From a virus: a stretch of DNA of 64,000 bases. Shown one piece after another: positions 28,287 to 37,884 of this stretch; within the stretch, counting starts at the first letter, position 1, and every line of letters begins with the position of its first letter. The position numbers and the translations under genes are program-made. Location: positions 55,616 to 119,615 of IMG/VR virus record IMGVR_UViG_3300037264_001145; one strand, 5' to 3'. The notes beneath the pieces were generated by a model. The model was not told the origin of the DNA. It saw only the letters and a program-made list of their open reading frames with translations, and did no database searches.

Positions 28287-28798
28287 TCTCCGTACTGCTC
28301 CTTAAGATATTTTTCTATTTGTTTTACCACATTAACCTTCACACCCTTAAATTCCACTTCTTCAAATTCGTCGAAAACATCAGGAGAATAACAATAATAC
28401 TTCTGCCCAGCATACCAAACTGAACACCATGTACAATTGACCCCTCTGTAATGAATAAACCATTCAATTTTAACCCTATTCCTGATAAAAGAAATCTCCA
28501 TACCGATGTTTCTATTACCAAGTACGTGAGCAAGTTGAAATCCTCTTGCCTTCATTTCATCTATAAGTTCCTGTTGTTTTAAATCGGTAAGATCAGAAAT
28601 ACTTGCTCCAAGATCAATATCGTCATCGTGGGCAATAAAATCTTTTTCTCTATAATAGCCAAGGCACGTACCGCAAGTAAGCCATGTGAATAGACCAATT
28701 TTATTCGCTACTTCGTAAGCGTCTCTTAAATTATCGGTAGCATCTTTCACAACCTTTGGATCAGAACCAAACAATGGCGCTACCATCCCGTTATCCAT
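28217..28798 (-). CDS. licD: LicD-family nucleotidyltransferase
   Basis: WLTCGTCLGYYRE.DFIAHDDDIDLG and YL..QYGEWKTP motifs. Start taken at MDNG (28798). Confidence 0.85.
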   Translation of the reverse strand: MDNGMVAPLFGSDPKVVKDATDNLRDAYEVANKIGLFTWLTCGTCLGYYREKDFIAHDDDIDLGASISDLTDLKQQELIDEMKARGFQLAHVLGNRNIGMEISFIRNRVKIEWFIHYRGVNCTWCSVWYAGQKYYCYSPDVFDEFEEVEFKGVKVNVVKQIEKYLKEQYGEWKTPVKGWHCGNPPCIRNQPIR

Positions 28799-28799
28799 A

Positions 28800-29585
28800 T
28801 CAAATTCCCCTTCCCCATTCACAACCACCATTCGCTACCACGTCTAGTCTTTGCAAATCTTGTTTATATGTAGATTCATTGTCTAATATTGTCTTATGAA
28901 ATCGTCTCATTATAGGATGACCTATGTGATAAGTAGTTGTTTCTTTATCTATTAACACAGGCGCTCCTGATTTCTTTAGTCTTTCGAGCATTTGCCAATC
29001 CTCATACCCATAACCAGCTCTATACTTTTCATTATACCCGCCCATATCTTTTAATTTTTGTGTTCTTATACAACAACCAGCATGAAAAGCCTGATTTCTT
29101 TTATCGCTTGCTTCCCATTGTCTTAAAATTGGTAATTTGGTTAAATCAATAAATGGATTGTCAATTATTCTTTGTGTATCACACTCATTTAATTCAACCA
29201 TTCCTCGCGGTCTGTAAACAACATCGTTAAGACCCAAGATCTTAGAAATCATATCTCCTTCTATAATAATTTCTGGATCTTTTGTAGCAAGCCATTCGCT
29301 TTGACACCGTTTTATTACAAAGTTTCTAATCATACACCCATTACGTTCATCAGCGGGATCTCTCTCGAACGTAAAATATCTTAGATTAAAGTCCCGCTCT
29401 AAATCTTCCATTGGTTCATGCGGGCCATCGTTGACAATTAAAAACATCCATTTGTCTTCTGGAACAGAAGTCTTGAATCTCTTGAGGGTTGGGATTAAAA
29501 GATGTTTTCTTTTGAAATTGGGCACATAAAACACCAAATCCCTATTGGTACAAGACCAGTCAAAATCAGTTGCCGATTTGAACAT
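28800..29585 (-). CDS. GT-A glycosyltransferase (GT2/GT7-like), paralog 3
   Basis: FDWS.T..DLVFYVPNF, VND, YFTFER, KDPE and GGYNE...GYGYED motifs. Confidence 0.85.
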   Translation of the reverse strand: MFKSATDFDWSCTNRDLVFYVPNFKRKHLLIPTLKRFKTSVPEDKWMFLIVNDGPHEPMEDLERDFNLRYFTFERDPADERNGCMIRNFVIKRCQSEWLATKDPEIIIEGDMISKILGLNDVVYRPRGMVELNECDTQRIIDNPFIDLTKLPILRQWEASDKRNQAFHAGCCIRTQKLKDMGGYNEKYRAGYGYEDWQMLERLKKSGAPVLIDKETTTYHIGHPIMRRFHKTILDNESTYKQDLQRLDVVANGGCEWGRGI

Positions 29586-29937
29586 ACCTCGTCGTTTTCC
29601 TTACCTCTACCTTCCTTGTCAAGCTTTCTTTCTTTTCAAAGCAGCCGTCGCAGATAGCTCCTTGAATCCTATAATCCCTATGACTCATCATATCCTCTAA
29701 TTGATCAAACTTGCTACCATAACCAAAATGTATTTCTATTGTTCCACCTTCTAAATTGGGTAACAAGCCTTCGTCGTCGTTCCCTGGTCCATTTGGATCG
29801 AACGGTATTTCTTTCTCGCAAACTATGCATCGCCATTCCCGCGAAGTAGTTGGTCTATTTCTACGCACAGGCTCGTCCTGATGAGGACAACAAACATTTG
29901 CTTCACACCCACAAGAATTGTATGTTTTTTTATCCAT
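29566..29937 (-). CDS. Hypothetical Cys-rich (zinc-binding) protein
   Basis: CIVC...CDGC pairs. Confidence 0.55.
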   Translation of the reverse strand: MDKKTYNSCGCEANVCCPHQDEPVRRNRPTTSREWRCIVCEKEIPFDPNGPGNDDEGLLPNLEGGTIEIHFGYGSKFDQLEDMMSHRDYRIQGAICDGCFEKKESLTRKVEVRKTTRYVQIGN

Positions 29938-30403
29938 ATATTATATCCTCAAACCCTTCCGATAAATCTGGTTTCTCCAATTGTTTATTTAATTCACAAA
30001 TTACACTGTCGGGAACTTTCTTTTCGTTTCTTCGAAAGTTGTGTTGCAAACAAGAACCCAAGCTTTTGTCAAAATATAAAGCTATGATTTTAAATCCAAA
30101 AGCTTTACCAAATTCAATCCAATAAGTCCTACTTTCTTTATTTATAAGCCACGCACTCTCATCAAGTATTATACTAAGATTTGGATTTTTGGATAAAGCA
30201 AAAATTATATGGCCGACAATTTGTTTTAAATAATCTTCTTTATCTTTATTATATTGTTCTTTGTAGAACGCTAGTCTGAAATCATCTACCGAAATAACAA
30301 CAATATTTTTTTCTCTTTCGGCTATTTTTCTTGACGCCGTTGTTTTACCAGATGCTGGCGGGGCTACGGTTAAATACAAGTACCTAGTCATCAACCTCAA
30401 CAC
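29930..30403 (-). CDS. P-loop kinase (AAA_33, polynucleotide-kinase-like)
   Basis: APPASGKTT, SVDDFR, IILDES and RR...VPDSVI motifs. Confidence 0.85.
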   Translation of the reverse strand: MLRLMTRYLYLTVAPPASGKTTASRKIAEREKNIVVISVDDFRLAFYKEQYNKDKEDYLKQIVGHIIFALSKNPNLSIILDESAWLINKESRTYWIEFGKAFGFKIIALYFDKSLGSCLQHNFRRNEKKVPDSVICELNKQLEKPDLSEGFEDIIYG

Positions 30404-32741
30404 CTTCCTGTATTTCGATACTGCTATCTATTCCGTTGATCAAGTCTTGTGCTAACCACACTTTGTCCAAGGCAACAACCCCAAGAAAGTCGAACTTTAC
30501 ACATCCAAGAGCTTCACTAGACTCCATTTCTAAGCCAACAATTCTCGTCTTGTTTTTGGGGTCGTAAATAAGAGGCACGAGGTCATTAATTGGTACATCT
30601 GCTATAACGAGACCTGCTGCGTGACGGCTTTGTGATTTTTTAGTTCCTTCCAATCTCATACTTTGATCAAATAGTGGTTTGTACCACTGATAATATTCCT
30701 TCATTTTTTCTATGTTATCAATACTCCAATTTAAAATACCGTAACTAGAATTCTCTGTTTCTTTTCGTATTTTTTGTAAATCATCTATGATCGAAGCTTC
30801 ATCTGGCATTAAACCAGTAATTTCATTGGATAAATCAAATGGGGTCATAGAGACTTCGTTTGGATTCTTGCCCTCTTTTGTTGCCTTAACTTTCATTAGA
30901 TGTTTAACTAAATCTGGCTGGGCACGGAAAACTTCTTTAAGAGCGGCTTTTCCTTGAAGTCTACCGAACGTGACCATTTGAGAGACCTTATCTTCGCCCC
31001 ATTTGTTAATCAAATATTCAACAACTTTTTCCCTAAACACCACACCAATATCCATATCTATATCGGGAAGACTAATATGGCCAGGATTTGTTTGGACGGA
31101 TTTGTTTTCATCCAACTTGCAACACATCCTTAATGCATCCACGATATGTGAATTATTTGGATTTGGAAATTCTAATCCCAAAACCTGGTCCTCTGATGAT
31201 GAACACATTGTTTGATTATTTTTGAATACTTCTAATATATATAACCACATCTTTGGATTATTATTATCTATCCAATCAGCTTCTTCTTTAAGTAATTTTT
31301 TATTATGTATACTTTTGTATTTTAAATTACATTGGATAATTAAATTCTTTATTATATTTCTTGTATCATCAATTTTTTCTTGAGTTATAGAATCGGAATT
31401 ATCTGATAACCATTCCATGAATGTTGTTGGCCCGACATCAAAGTGTGGTGGTATATTTCTTCCATGATTATAGAATCTTTCCCAATATAAATCATACTCA
31501 ATAGGATCTATTCCAGTTATATTTAGTAGATAATTAACCAAAGATCCTGCGCCAGAACCTCTTCCTTTTCCTCTTGGAGCTTTGTTTTCGTCAACAAATT
31601 TACAAGCATCATAAACAATTAGAAAATAGTCCGCAAGTCTAGCCTCTTTGATAACGGACAATTCCCTAAGCAGTCTTGTCCAGTATATTTTTTTCTTGTC
31701 CATTGATAGGTTGGACAAGATGTTTTTGGCTCCTTGAACACATAATTTTTTCAGGTAATCATCAGAAGAATCATTGTTGGGAGTTTGGTATTTAGGTAAG
31801 CAAGGTTTCCTTCCAATGCTTGTAGATTTTATCATATCGGTAATTACAAGCGTTTGTTCCATTTCGGATTTGCTATAGTGTTCCTGCATTTCTTCTGGAG
31901 AGAATATATAGAATGTATCTCGGAAGAAAAAGGACATGGTATCTGCGCCCTCTCCTTTAAGTCTAGCTTGTTCCTCTGCCGTTGTATGAAGTTGGCTATA
32001 CAGAAGTATTCTATGATCTTCAACCTGCTCCCTTTTGGCATAATGTGCATCTAACGTACAAGCAGACGGTACATCCAAAGCCTTTGATACTTCTCTCAAA
32101 CATTCCACGGCAACTTTTTGGGCTGGCATCCCTTCTTCCTGTAATTCTATGAAGTAGTTTTCCTTACCAAAAATTGAAATATATCTAGCAACAATTTCGT
32201 CGGCTATATTTCTCCAATTCGGTTTGAGTAACTTTCTAACTTCGTCCATATCTTCTGTTTGTTCGCCTATTAAACACGCCTGACCGACATCTGTGAATAA
32301 AGATTCTGATAATTCACCGATGATACAACCACTCAAACATATTAAATTGCGATTTTTAGTAAAGAGATGTAAATTATCTACGCCAATTCTAGGTTTTCTG
32401 TAAAAGTGCTCTGGTTGATTGGTGTAGCTAACAAGAGACATTAGTTCTTTTATACCATCGTCGTTTTTGGCCAGGATTGTTAAATGGTTGTGGGACTTAT
32501 TCTCGTTGGTTTTAATGGTTTGATCAAGTTTAGACGTATATATTTCACATCCGTAGACTGGTTTGATTCCATATTTTTTGCAAGCTTTTTGAAAATCAAC
32601 CATTCCAGAAACATTGCCATGATCTGTCAGAGCACAAGCTGGACAACCAATTTCTTTTGCTCTTTTAGCAATTTGTTCGGGACTTGAGAGGCCGTCTAAA
32701 AGACTAAACCAACTATGAACATGCAAACAACTATAACACAC
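30384..32741 (-). CDS. dnaE: DNA polymerase III alpha, N-terminal half (PHP, palm, thumb)
   Basis: HVHSWFSLLDG, TDHG, GCE, DAHY, GRGSGAGSLV, PDIDMD, HAAG and VKFDFLG motifs. All three catalytic Asp are present. Confidence 0.95.
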   Translation of the reverse strand: MCYSCLHVHSWFSLLDGLSSPEQIAKRAKEIGCPACALTDHGNVSGMVDFQKACKKYGIKPVYGCEIYTSKLDQTIKTNENKSHNHLTILAKNDDGIKELMSLVSYTNQPEHFYRKPRIGVDNLHLFTKNRNLICLSGCIIGELSESLFTDVGQACLIGEQTEDMDEVRKLLKPNWRNIADEIVARYISIFGKENYFIELQEEGMPAQKVAVECLREVSKALDVPSACTLDAHYAKREQVEDHRILLYSQLHTTAEEQARLKGEGADTMSFFFRDTFYIFSPEEMQEHYSKSEMEQTLVITDMIKSTSIGRKPCLPKYQTPNNDSSDDYLKKLCVQGAKNILSNLSMDKKKIYWTRLLRELSVIKEARLADYFLIVYDACKFVDENKAPRGKGRGSGAGSLVNYLLNITGIDPIEYDLYWERFYNHGRNIPPHFDVGPTTFMEWLSDNSDSITQEKIDDTRNIIKNLIIQCNLKYKSIHNKKLLKEEADWIDNNNPKMWLYILEVFKNNQTMCSSSEDQVLGLEFPNPNNSHIVDALRMCCKLDENKSVQTNPGHISLPDIDMDIGVVFREKVVEYLINKWGEDKVSQMVTFGRLQGKAALKEVFRAQPDLVKHLMKVKATKEGKNPNEVSMTPFDLSNEITGLMPDEASIIDDLQKIRKETENSSYGILNWSIDNIEKMKEYYQWYKPLFDQSMRLEGTKKSQSRHAAGLVIADVPINDLVPLIYDPKNKTRIVGLEMESSEALGCVKFDFLGVVALDKVWLAQDLINGIDSSIEIQEGVEVDD

Positions 32742-33626
32742 TTAATTGCTCCTGTTTACAGAAATTTGATGATATTTATTTTGAACATATTCTTCGCCGA
32801 ACGTATTTAAATCTGACCAAATTTGCGTACACGCATCCTCTTTATTATACGGGCACAACTTACATTTCCATGAACGGCTGCGGCGGATTAAACTGTCTTT
32901 TTTAATCTGCTGAAAAATCTCGTATAGTTGCGACAAAATAAATGGAATATCTTCGTCCGATAAACCTATCGTTGTAGGACCATCTTGTGTGTAATAAAAA
33001 GTTAAAATCACGTTTTTGTACTGTGGGTACAACGCTCTAGCCGCCATAAAATAAAATCTAGCTTGCAATTTTTGAGTTAAGCCATAAAAATCCATCTCGG
33101 TTTTATCAAAAGGACTACTTCTGGTGCCACTCTTGTAGTCTACAATCTCTATCGTGTCCCCATCAATTTCGTGAACTAGGTCAATATACCCACGTACCCG
33201 AATCTGTTTTGTCTCGCCTCCGTCCCGAATCTCCCATTCGGGGCCAGGAAGTTCTACAGCAAACCATTGTTCTGCATCTACTATTTTCAAAACATATGGA
33301 TTATAAAATTTGTCTTCGACAATTTTTAAAAATGATGCTTTGCACTTTTTGTAATCAGCCGACAGTCCGCGACTAGTAAATTTTCTTAAATCTATATGGG
33401 GGTTTTCGTCCCATGATCTATCAAACAACCACGAAGGATCGACATTTGTTTTTCCTTTTTTCTTTAATCTCGCCATCCATTCAAGGGCTGTGTGTATGAT
33501 TGTTCCAACCGTAGCGGCCTTCCCGCTACCACTAGATTCTAGTTCCAGGCAATATGTTAGCCAATATTTAAAGGGACAAAATTTATATGTATCTATGAGG
33601 CTTGAACTAAATTTGATTATACGCAT
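32742..33626 (-). CDS. PD-(D/E)XK Cas4/RecB-like exonuclease with Fe-S cysteines
   Basis: N-terminal CP, GYIDLV, IVDYKSG and C-terminal CKLCPY...C motifs. Confidence 0.85.
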   Translation of the reverse strand: MRIIKFSSSLIDTYKFCPFKYWLTYCLELESSGSGKAATVGTIIHTALEWMARLKKKGKTNVDPSWLFDRSWDENPHIDLRKFTSRGLSADYKKCKASFLKIVEDKFYNPYVLKIVDAEQWFAVELPGPEWEIRDGGETKQIRVRGYIDLVHEIDGDTIEIVDYKSGTRSSPFDKTEMDFYGLTQKLQARFYFMAARALYPQYKNVILTFYYTQDGPTTIGLSDEDIPFILSQLYEIFQQIKKDSLIRRSRSWKCKLCPYNKEDACTQIWSDLNTFGEEYVQNKYHQISVNRSN

Positions 33627-34379
33627 TTATTTTCCAGCTAGTCCATCCAGCCATTGTTCTATATGGGGTTTTATAAAATCACACTGTTCGTCCACACTCA
33701 TATTTCTATTGTCAATAACCAACGAAAATTTATCTCTGGGATAATCGTCTAATACGGTTTCAGACACATGGACATCTTTTCCTGCAACGTCTCTTAGCAA
33801 TCTTATTGTTTTACCACCAATTTCATTAATTGTATTTATTTCATTTGGAAATCTTGCGTCCGTAATTAATGCTAGTTTGATATGGTATGTTGCTGCATCT
33901 CTTCTAATTTTATTTATAGTCGCATTAACCCATGCATTATCACACATATTTCTGATTATATCTGTTCCAAAGTATTGTAAAACTTGCCTTGCTGTCATAA
34001 AACCCCGTTGTGCCACAGAATCCATATTGTATAGTTTAGATGGCATATCTTCGAATTTTAATTGTGTCAAACTGTTTTTTTGTTCTTCTGTGCCGTAACA
34101 TTGTTCATGTGTCAAACCGAGCACATCAATACAAAACTCTTTCAAACAATCAGCAAAACTATAAAGTCTTATCTCTCCGTTGCCGAACACTGTATTGAAT
34201 TCACCTTCTTCGACGGTAAACCAGTGATCATTTTTTCTGGCCTCAATTAGTCCTAATTTGTTGATCTTAAAATCTTTTATATTACCATTTCTTTTCAAAA
34301 AAGATGCGGCTATAAAATTTACAAGAGTATTTTTACCACTTCTTTTTTTGCCAGAAGCACAAACAATCAATAATTTCAT
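33627..34379 (-). CDS. Deoxynucleoside monophosphate kinase
   Basis: GKKRSGKNT, SFADCLK, RQVLQYFGTD and ITDARFPNE motifs. Confidence 0.9.
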   Translation of the reverse strand: MKLLIVCASGKKRSGKNTLVNFIAASFLKRNGNIKDFKINKLGLIEARKNDHWFTVEEGEFNTVFGNGEIRLYSFADCLKEFCIDVLGLTHEQCYGTEEQKNSLTQLKFEDMPSKLYNMDSVAQRGFMTARQVLQYFGTDIIRNMCDNAWVNATINKIRRDAATYHIKLALITDARFPNEINTINEIGGKTIRLLRDVAGKDVHVSETVLDDYPRDKFSLVIDNRNMSVDEQCDFIKPHIEQWLDGLAGK

Positions 34380-35516
34380 TCAATTATCCTTCAACAAAAA
34401 TTCCTTCGTATTATCTTTCAACACCTTACCGATTTGTTCTTTTATGTCATCGCTATTTAATTCTGCTACATCGTTTACTCTTTCAAGATTAACTGGAATT
34501 ATTCTAAAGTAATAATTAAGTTCTTCCATTAATGTTTCCGTTGCTTCTGTACCAGTCTTATCGTTGTCCATTATAAGGATCAAAGTAAGTGCGCCGGCCT
34601 TTTGGAGTAAAATTCTTTGTTCTTTAGACATGCTCGGACCCATAAGAGAAATGCTGTTTTTAATTCCAGCCATTTCCATCGCCCACACATTGCCTGGAGA
34701 TTCTACTACTATTGCTGTACCAGTTTTGCTGATACTATACTTGGCAAACCAATAATTGTATAAATACAGTTCTTTTTTGAACCCCTTGGAGTGTAACCAT
34801 TTTTCATAAAATAGACATTTATGCTTTGGTGGACAATCCATTATAGGGTTATGGAACATTTTACATGAATCGCATTTCCCCCAAATACTTCTTCCGCTCC
34901 ATCCCACCACGTATTTGCCAGATATATCTAGTATAGGGAAGAAAGATCTTTCGAAGAACAACTTGTTTTTCTTGTTGCACGAAGAAATATGATATTTGCT
35001 TATAGTATTCTCATCTACTCCACGAGTAGGATAATAGGTTGTATCTTTTACTAGGGACGGAAGCATTGTAGAAAGTGGTATCAAGCCATTTTCTTTTGCG
35101 GATTTTTTTACTCTGTATTGTTTGATGATTTTAAATATTTCTATATTCTCTGCCGTCTCTTCGTCCATTTTAAGATCGGACAAATTTAAAATAGTAGCAG
35201 CAAAGATAACAGATTCAATAAACGTAAATCTTCTGTTTAACTTGTTGGACATAGCGCCTCTTATGAGGCCAAATATACTGGTAGAATTTCCAGATATAGG
35301 ATTTTTATGACAATGTTTAGTATTGCATCTCCAGTGAGAAGTTCTTGTGGCAAAATAGAAACTTCTGTGATTATCTCCAGAGTGACATGGGCATCGACCC
35401 TGGAGATAATCGGATCGTTCAAAATATTCTACGCCAAGAGCATCCAAGATTTCCGAGACTCTTTCACAGGCTCGGTCCTGGATATACTTTATTTCTGCTT
35501 CGTTAAATTGTTTCAT
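34380..35516 (-). CDS. dnaG: DNA primase (CHC2 zinc finger plus Toprim)
   Basis: CPCH...C zinc finger, GWSGR, VVES and MDNDKTG motifs. Confidence 0.85.
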   Translation of the reverse strand: MKQFNEAEIKYIQDRACERVSEILDALGVEYFERSDYLQGRCPCHSGDNHRSFYFATRTSHWRCNTKHCHKNPISGNSTSIFGLIRGAMSNKLNRRFTFIESVIFAATILNLSDLKMDEETAENIEIFKIIKQYRVKKSAKENGLIPLSTMLPSLVKDTTYYPTRGVDENTISKYHISSCNKKNKLFFERSFFPILDISGKYVVGWSGRSIWGKCDSCKMFHNPIMDCPPKHKCLFYEKWLHSKGFKKELYLYNYWFAKYSISKTGTAIVVESPGNVWAMEMAGIKNSISLMGPSMSKEQRILLQKAGALTLILIMDNDKTGTEATETLMEELNYYFRIIPVNLERVNDVAELNSDDIKEQIGKVLKDNTKEFLLKDN

Positions 35517-36943
35517 GTTATTTTCGTATTAATAAAAGAATGCGCAAGATGAGATAGCATTTTACCCTCTTTTAATCTAGCTCTTGATAAATCAGCTAAA
35601 ACGTTTACGTAATCTCCCTTGTCCATACCTGGACCAAATCTTGTGTCGCATACGATTAATTTCTTTGTTCCGTTCGATGGTGGGTCTTCGACAAACTCCT
35701 CTTGTGTTTTACTCTTAAGGATTGTGAAATTACTGCATAACCATAAAATTCTGTCTGATCCACTTATTACTTCGGAGCCTTCTCTTTCAACACCATCTCT
35801 ATTAAGTTGTACTGTTGCCAAGATTGGCAACCCCCATTTTACAGCGAAATTGTGCATGGTAGTCATTAGAAAACCAAGCAATTGTGTTTCCTGTACATTG
35901 GCTTTCAGTCCTTCTGAATCCATAAGTTTAAGATAATCGTATATTATCAAACACGGCTTTGCTAGTCCACTATCTAAAAAGCCAACATTTTTTATCAGCC
36001 ATCTTCTAGCTAACGACAACGTTGACTCTATTGATTGACCAGCTATGTTCGTGTGTGTAATTTGTAGTTTCTTAATATTAACTATACTATCCCATACAGC
36101 GTCAGCTTCTTCTTTTATTGTGGCAAATTTTCCTGTTTCTACGTGTGTTAAATCCACGTTAGAAACGAGAGAAGTAAGTCTGTCTTGTTGCATATTTTGA
36201 TCTAACTCAGTATCCAGATATAGAACTGGGATGCCTAATTCCGCCATATTCTTGGCAACGTTTATACAAAAGAAACTCTTGGCTCCCTTAGCTCTAGCCC
36301 CAACGACGTTGACGCTACATCTTCTTAGCCCACCACCAATGCACTGGTCCCAATTTGGGAAGCCCGTTGGTAAACCAACAATATCTTTGGGGGTTTCGGA
36401 TAAAGCTTTTAATCTTTCTTCTAGATTAGAATGTACTAAGACCAAACCCTTGTCTTTGGAGTTTAATTGCCCGGTGAATTCAAAAATAGGGTTTTCTATC
36501 TTGGCGATTATATCATCTATTTTCTCACTACCCTTGATTTCCTCAATATCCTTCAAAACACCGCTTAAACACTTATGTCCTTGTCTTGCCAAGGACAATT
36601 TATATACAGATAATGCTATAGACTTAGTATTATTTTCGGTTGGACAATTGGCGAACAACGCTTCTAAATACTCTGATTCTTTTGTGTTACCATTGAATTT
36701 ATCATAACTAATCACGTTGGCGTTGGCTACTATAACTGGTATATCAAATTTTTCTAATCCCTTCTCGTGAACTAGATGTTTAATAATTGCGAATATTTTT
36801 TGGTTAATTAACCAATGAAAATCTTTGGTATCCAATATTTCTTCTATGTCAATTAATAGGTTGGCTCCATGGTTCAATATGCCAGAAAGTACGGATCTTT
36901 CGCACCCACTGTCATTTAAAATAGAAGTTTCTTTAGTCTGCAT
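35513..36943 (-). CDS. dnaB: DnaB-like replicative helicase
   Basis: GLPTGF, YLDTE, IIYDYL, VQLNR and SDRI motifs; variant Walker A ARAKGAKS. Confidence 0.9.
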   Translation of the reverse strand: MQTKETSILNDSGCERSVLSGILNHGANLLIDIEEILDTKDFHWLINQKIFAIIKHLVHEKGLEKFDIPVIVANANVISYDKFNGNTKESEYLEALFANCPTENNTKSIALSVYKLSLARQGHKCLSGVLKDIEEIKGSEKIDDIIAKIENPIFEFTGQLNSKDKGLVLVHSNLEERLKALSETPKDIVGLPTGFPNWDQCIGGGLRRCSVNVVGARAKGAKSFFCINVAKNMAELGIPVLYLDTELDQNMQQDRLTSLVSNVDLTHVETGKFATIKEEADAVWDSIVNIKKLQITHTNIAGQSIESTLSLARRWLIKNVGFLDSGLAKPCLIIYDYLKLMDSEGLKANVQETQLLGFLMTTMHNFAVKWGLPILATVQLNRDGVEREGSEVISGSDRILWLCSNFTILKSKTQEEFVEDPPSNGTKKLIVCDTRFGPGMDKGDYVNVLADLSRARLKEGKMLSHLAHSFINTKIT

Positions 36944-37472
36944 TACGACCCCTTGAAATAAGAGTTTCTAAGCACTTCCTGCATTTTTGTCCAAAGTCCT
37001 TAGTATCTGGCCTATCTGATTTAAAGTCCGTAGCACAATCAGAACATACAACATCATATTCTTTTGGTGGATCTCTTCTGGTTTTTCTTTTATTTGTTAT
37101 TGCTGCTCTCTTTTTGTTGTCCGCTACCTCTGATCTTGTAACAGTATCGTCAGTAATTGGCACCATAGTATTGCCATAATATCCTTTTTTGTTCGGATCA
37201 ACGGGTAAAACAACAGCACTATCCGCATTTTGTGAACGTTTTTTCTTTTTAGTAGTTTCTGTTGGATTCGAAGATAAAGGAGGAGAAGGATTGACTTCTC
37301 TATATTTATCTAACCATCTTCCAAGAATAATAGCTACCGCTTGATCGTCCGTGGTCGAAGAAGATGATGGAATTTCAATGTGTTCTGATGTTAATTCGTA
37401 ATACGCCTCACATATCAATTCCCATTTTTGTTCACTTATACCTTGTTTTATTTTTGATATTGGATTAGCCAT
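36933..37472 (-). CDS. Hypothetical protein with C-terminal zinc ribbon
   Basis: CSDC...CRKC. Confidence 0.6.
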   Translation of the reverse strand: MANPISKIKQGISEQKWELICEAYYELTSEHIEIPSSSSTTDDQAVAIILGRWLDKYREVNPSPPLSSNPTETTKKKKRSQNADSAVVLPVDPNKKGYYGNTMVPITDDTVTRSEVADNKKRAAITNKRKTRRDPPKEYDVVCSDCATDFKSDRPDTKDFGQKCRKCLETLISRGRNAD

Positions 37473-37884
37473 GTTTTTCCTCCAGATTTCTTTGTCTTAC
37501 TATGCCTTGTATAGCTTGACAGAACAGTTCTATGCGTCTCGATAGGTACGCAATTCTAGATAGTCTTAGTTCTACCTTTTGAACTAGTCTGCCAGCTTTT
37601 GCTTTGTCCTCATTAAACAGTCTACCAGTAATGTTTTTTGCCCATTTCAAGAATCCGTCACACTCATTGCTTTTCTTTTGAAGAAACATTAAATATTGAG
37701 ATAACATAAAAGCGTATTCTGCAAGAATCATTGTTTTTTCTTCTCTCATCTGTTGTACAGACAATTCAAATATTTTTTCAATTTCTGATCTATTCGGTTC
37801 CCTGATTATCAAACACAAGGATTCTTCCCACAATTGAAGATCGTCATTGTACTTTTTATATTCTGTATCAAAAGCATCACCCAT
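37465..37884 (-). CDS. Helical hypothetical protein (possible UvsY-like recombination mediator)
   Basis: All-helical/coiled-coil, 139 aa, two genes downstream of recA. The UvsY call is inference only. Confidence 0.35.
   Translation of the reverse strand: MGDAFDTEYKKYNDDLQLWEESLCLIIREPNRSEIEKIFELSVQQMREEKTMILAEYAFMLSQYLMFLQKKSNECDGFLKWAKNITGRLFNEDKAKAGRLVQKVELRLSRIAYLSRRIELFCQAIQGIVRQRNLEEKHG

Noticed and set aside
18480-30500. Split intein at the dnaE junctions
   Set aside because: The N-half ends ...IEIQEGVEVDD with no Cys/Ser-initiated Hint block. The C-half lacks the HNF...N-C/S/T splice end.
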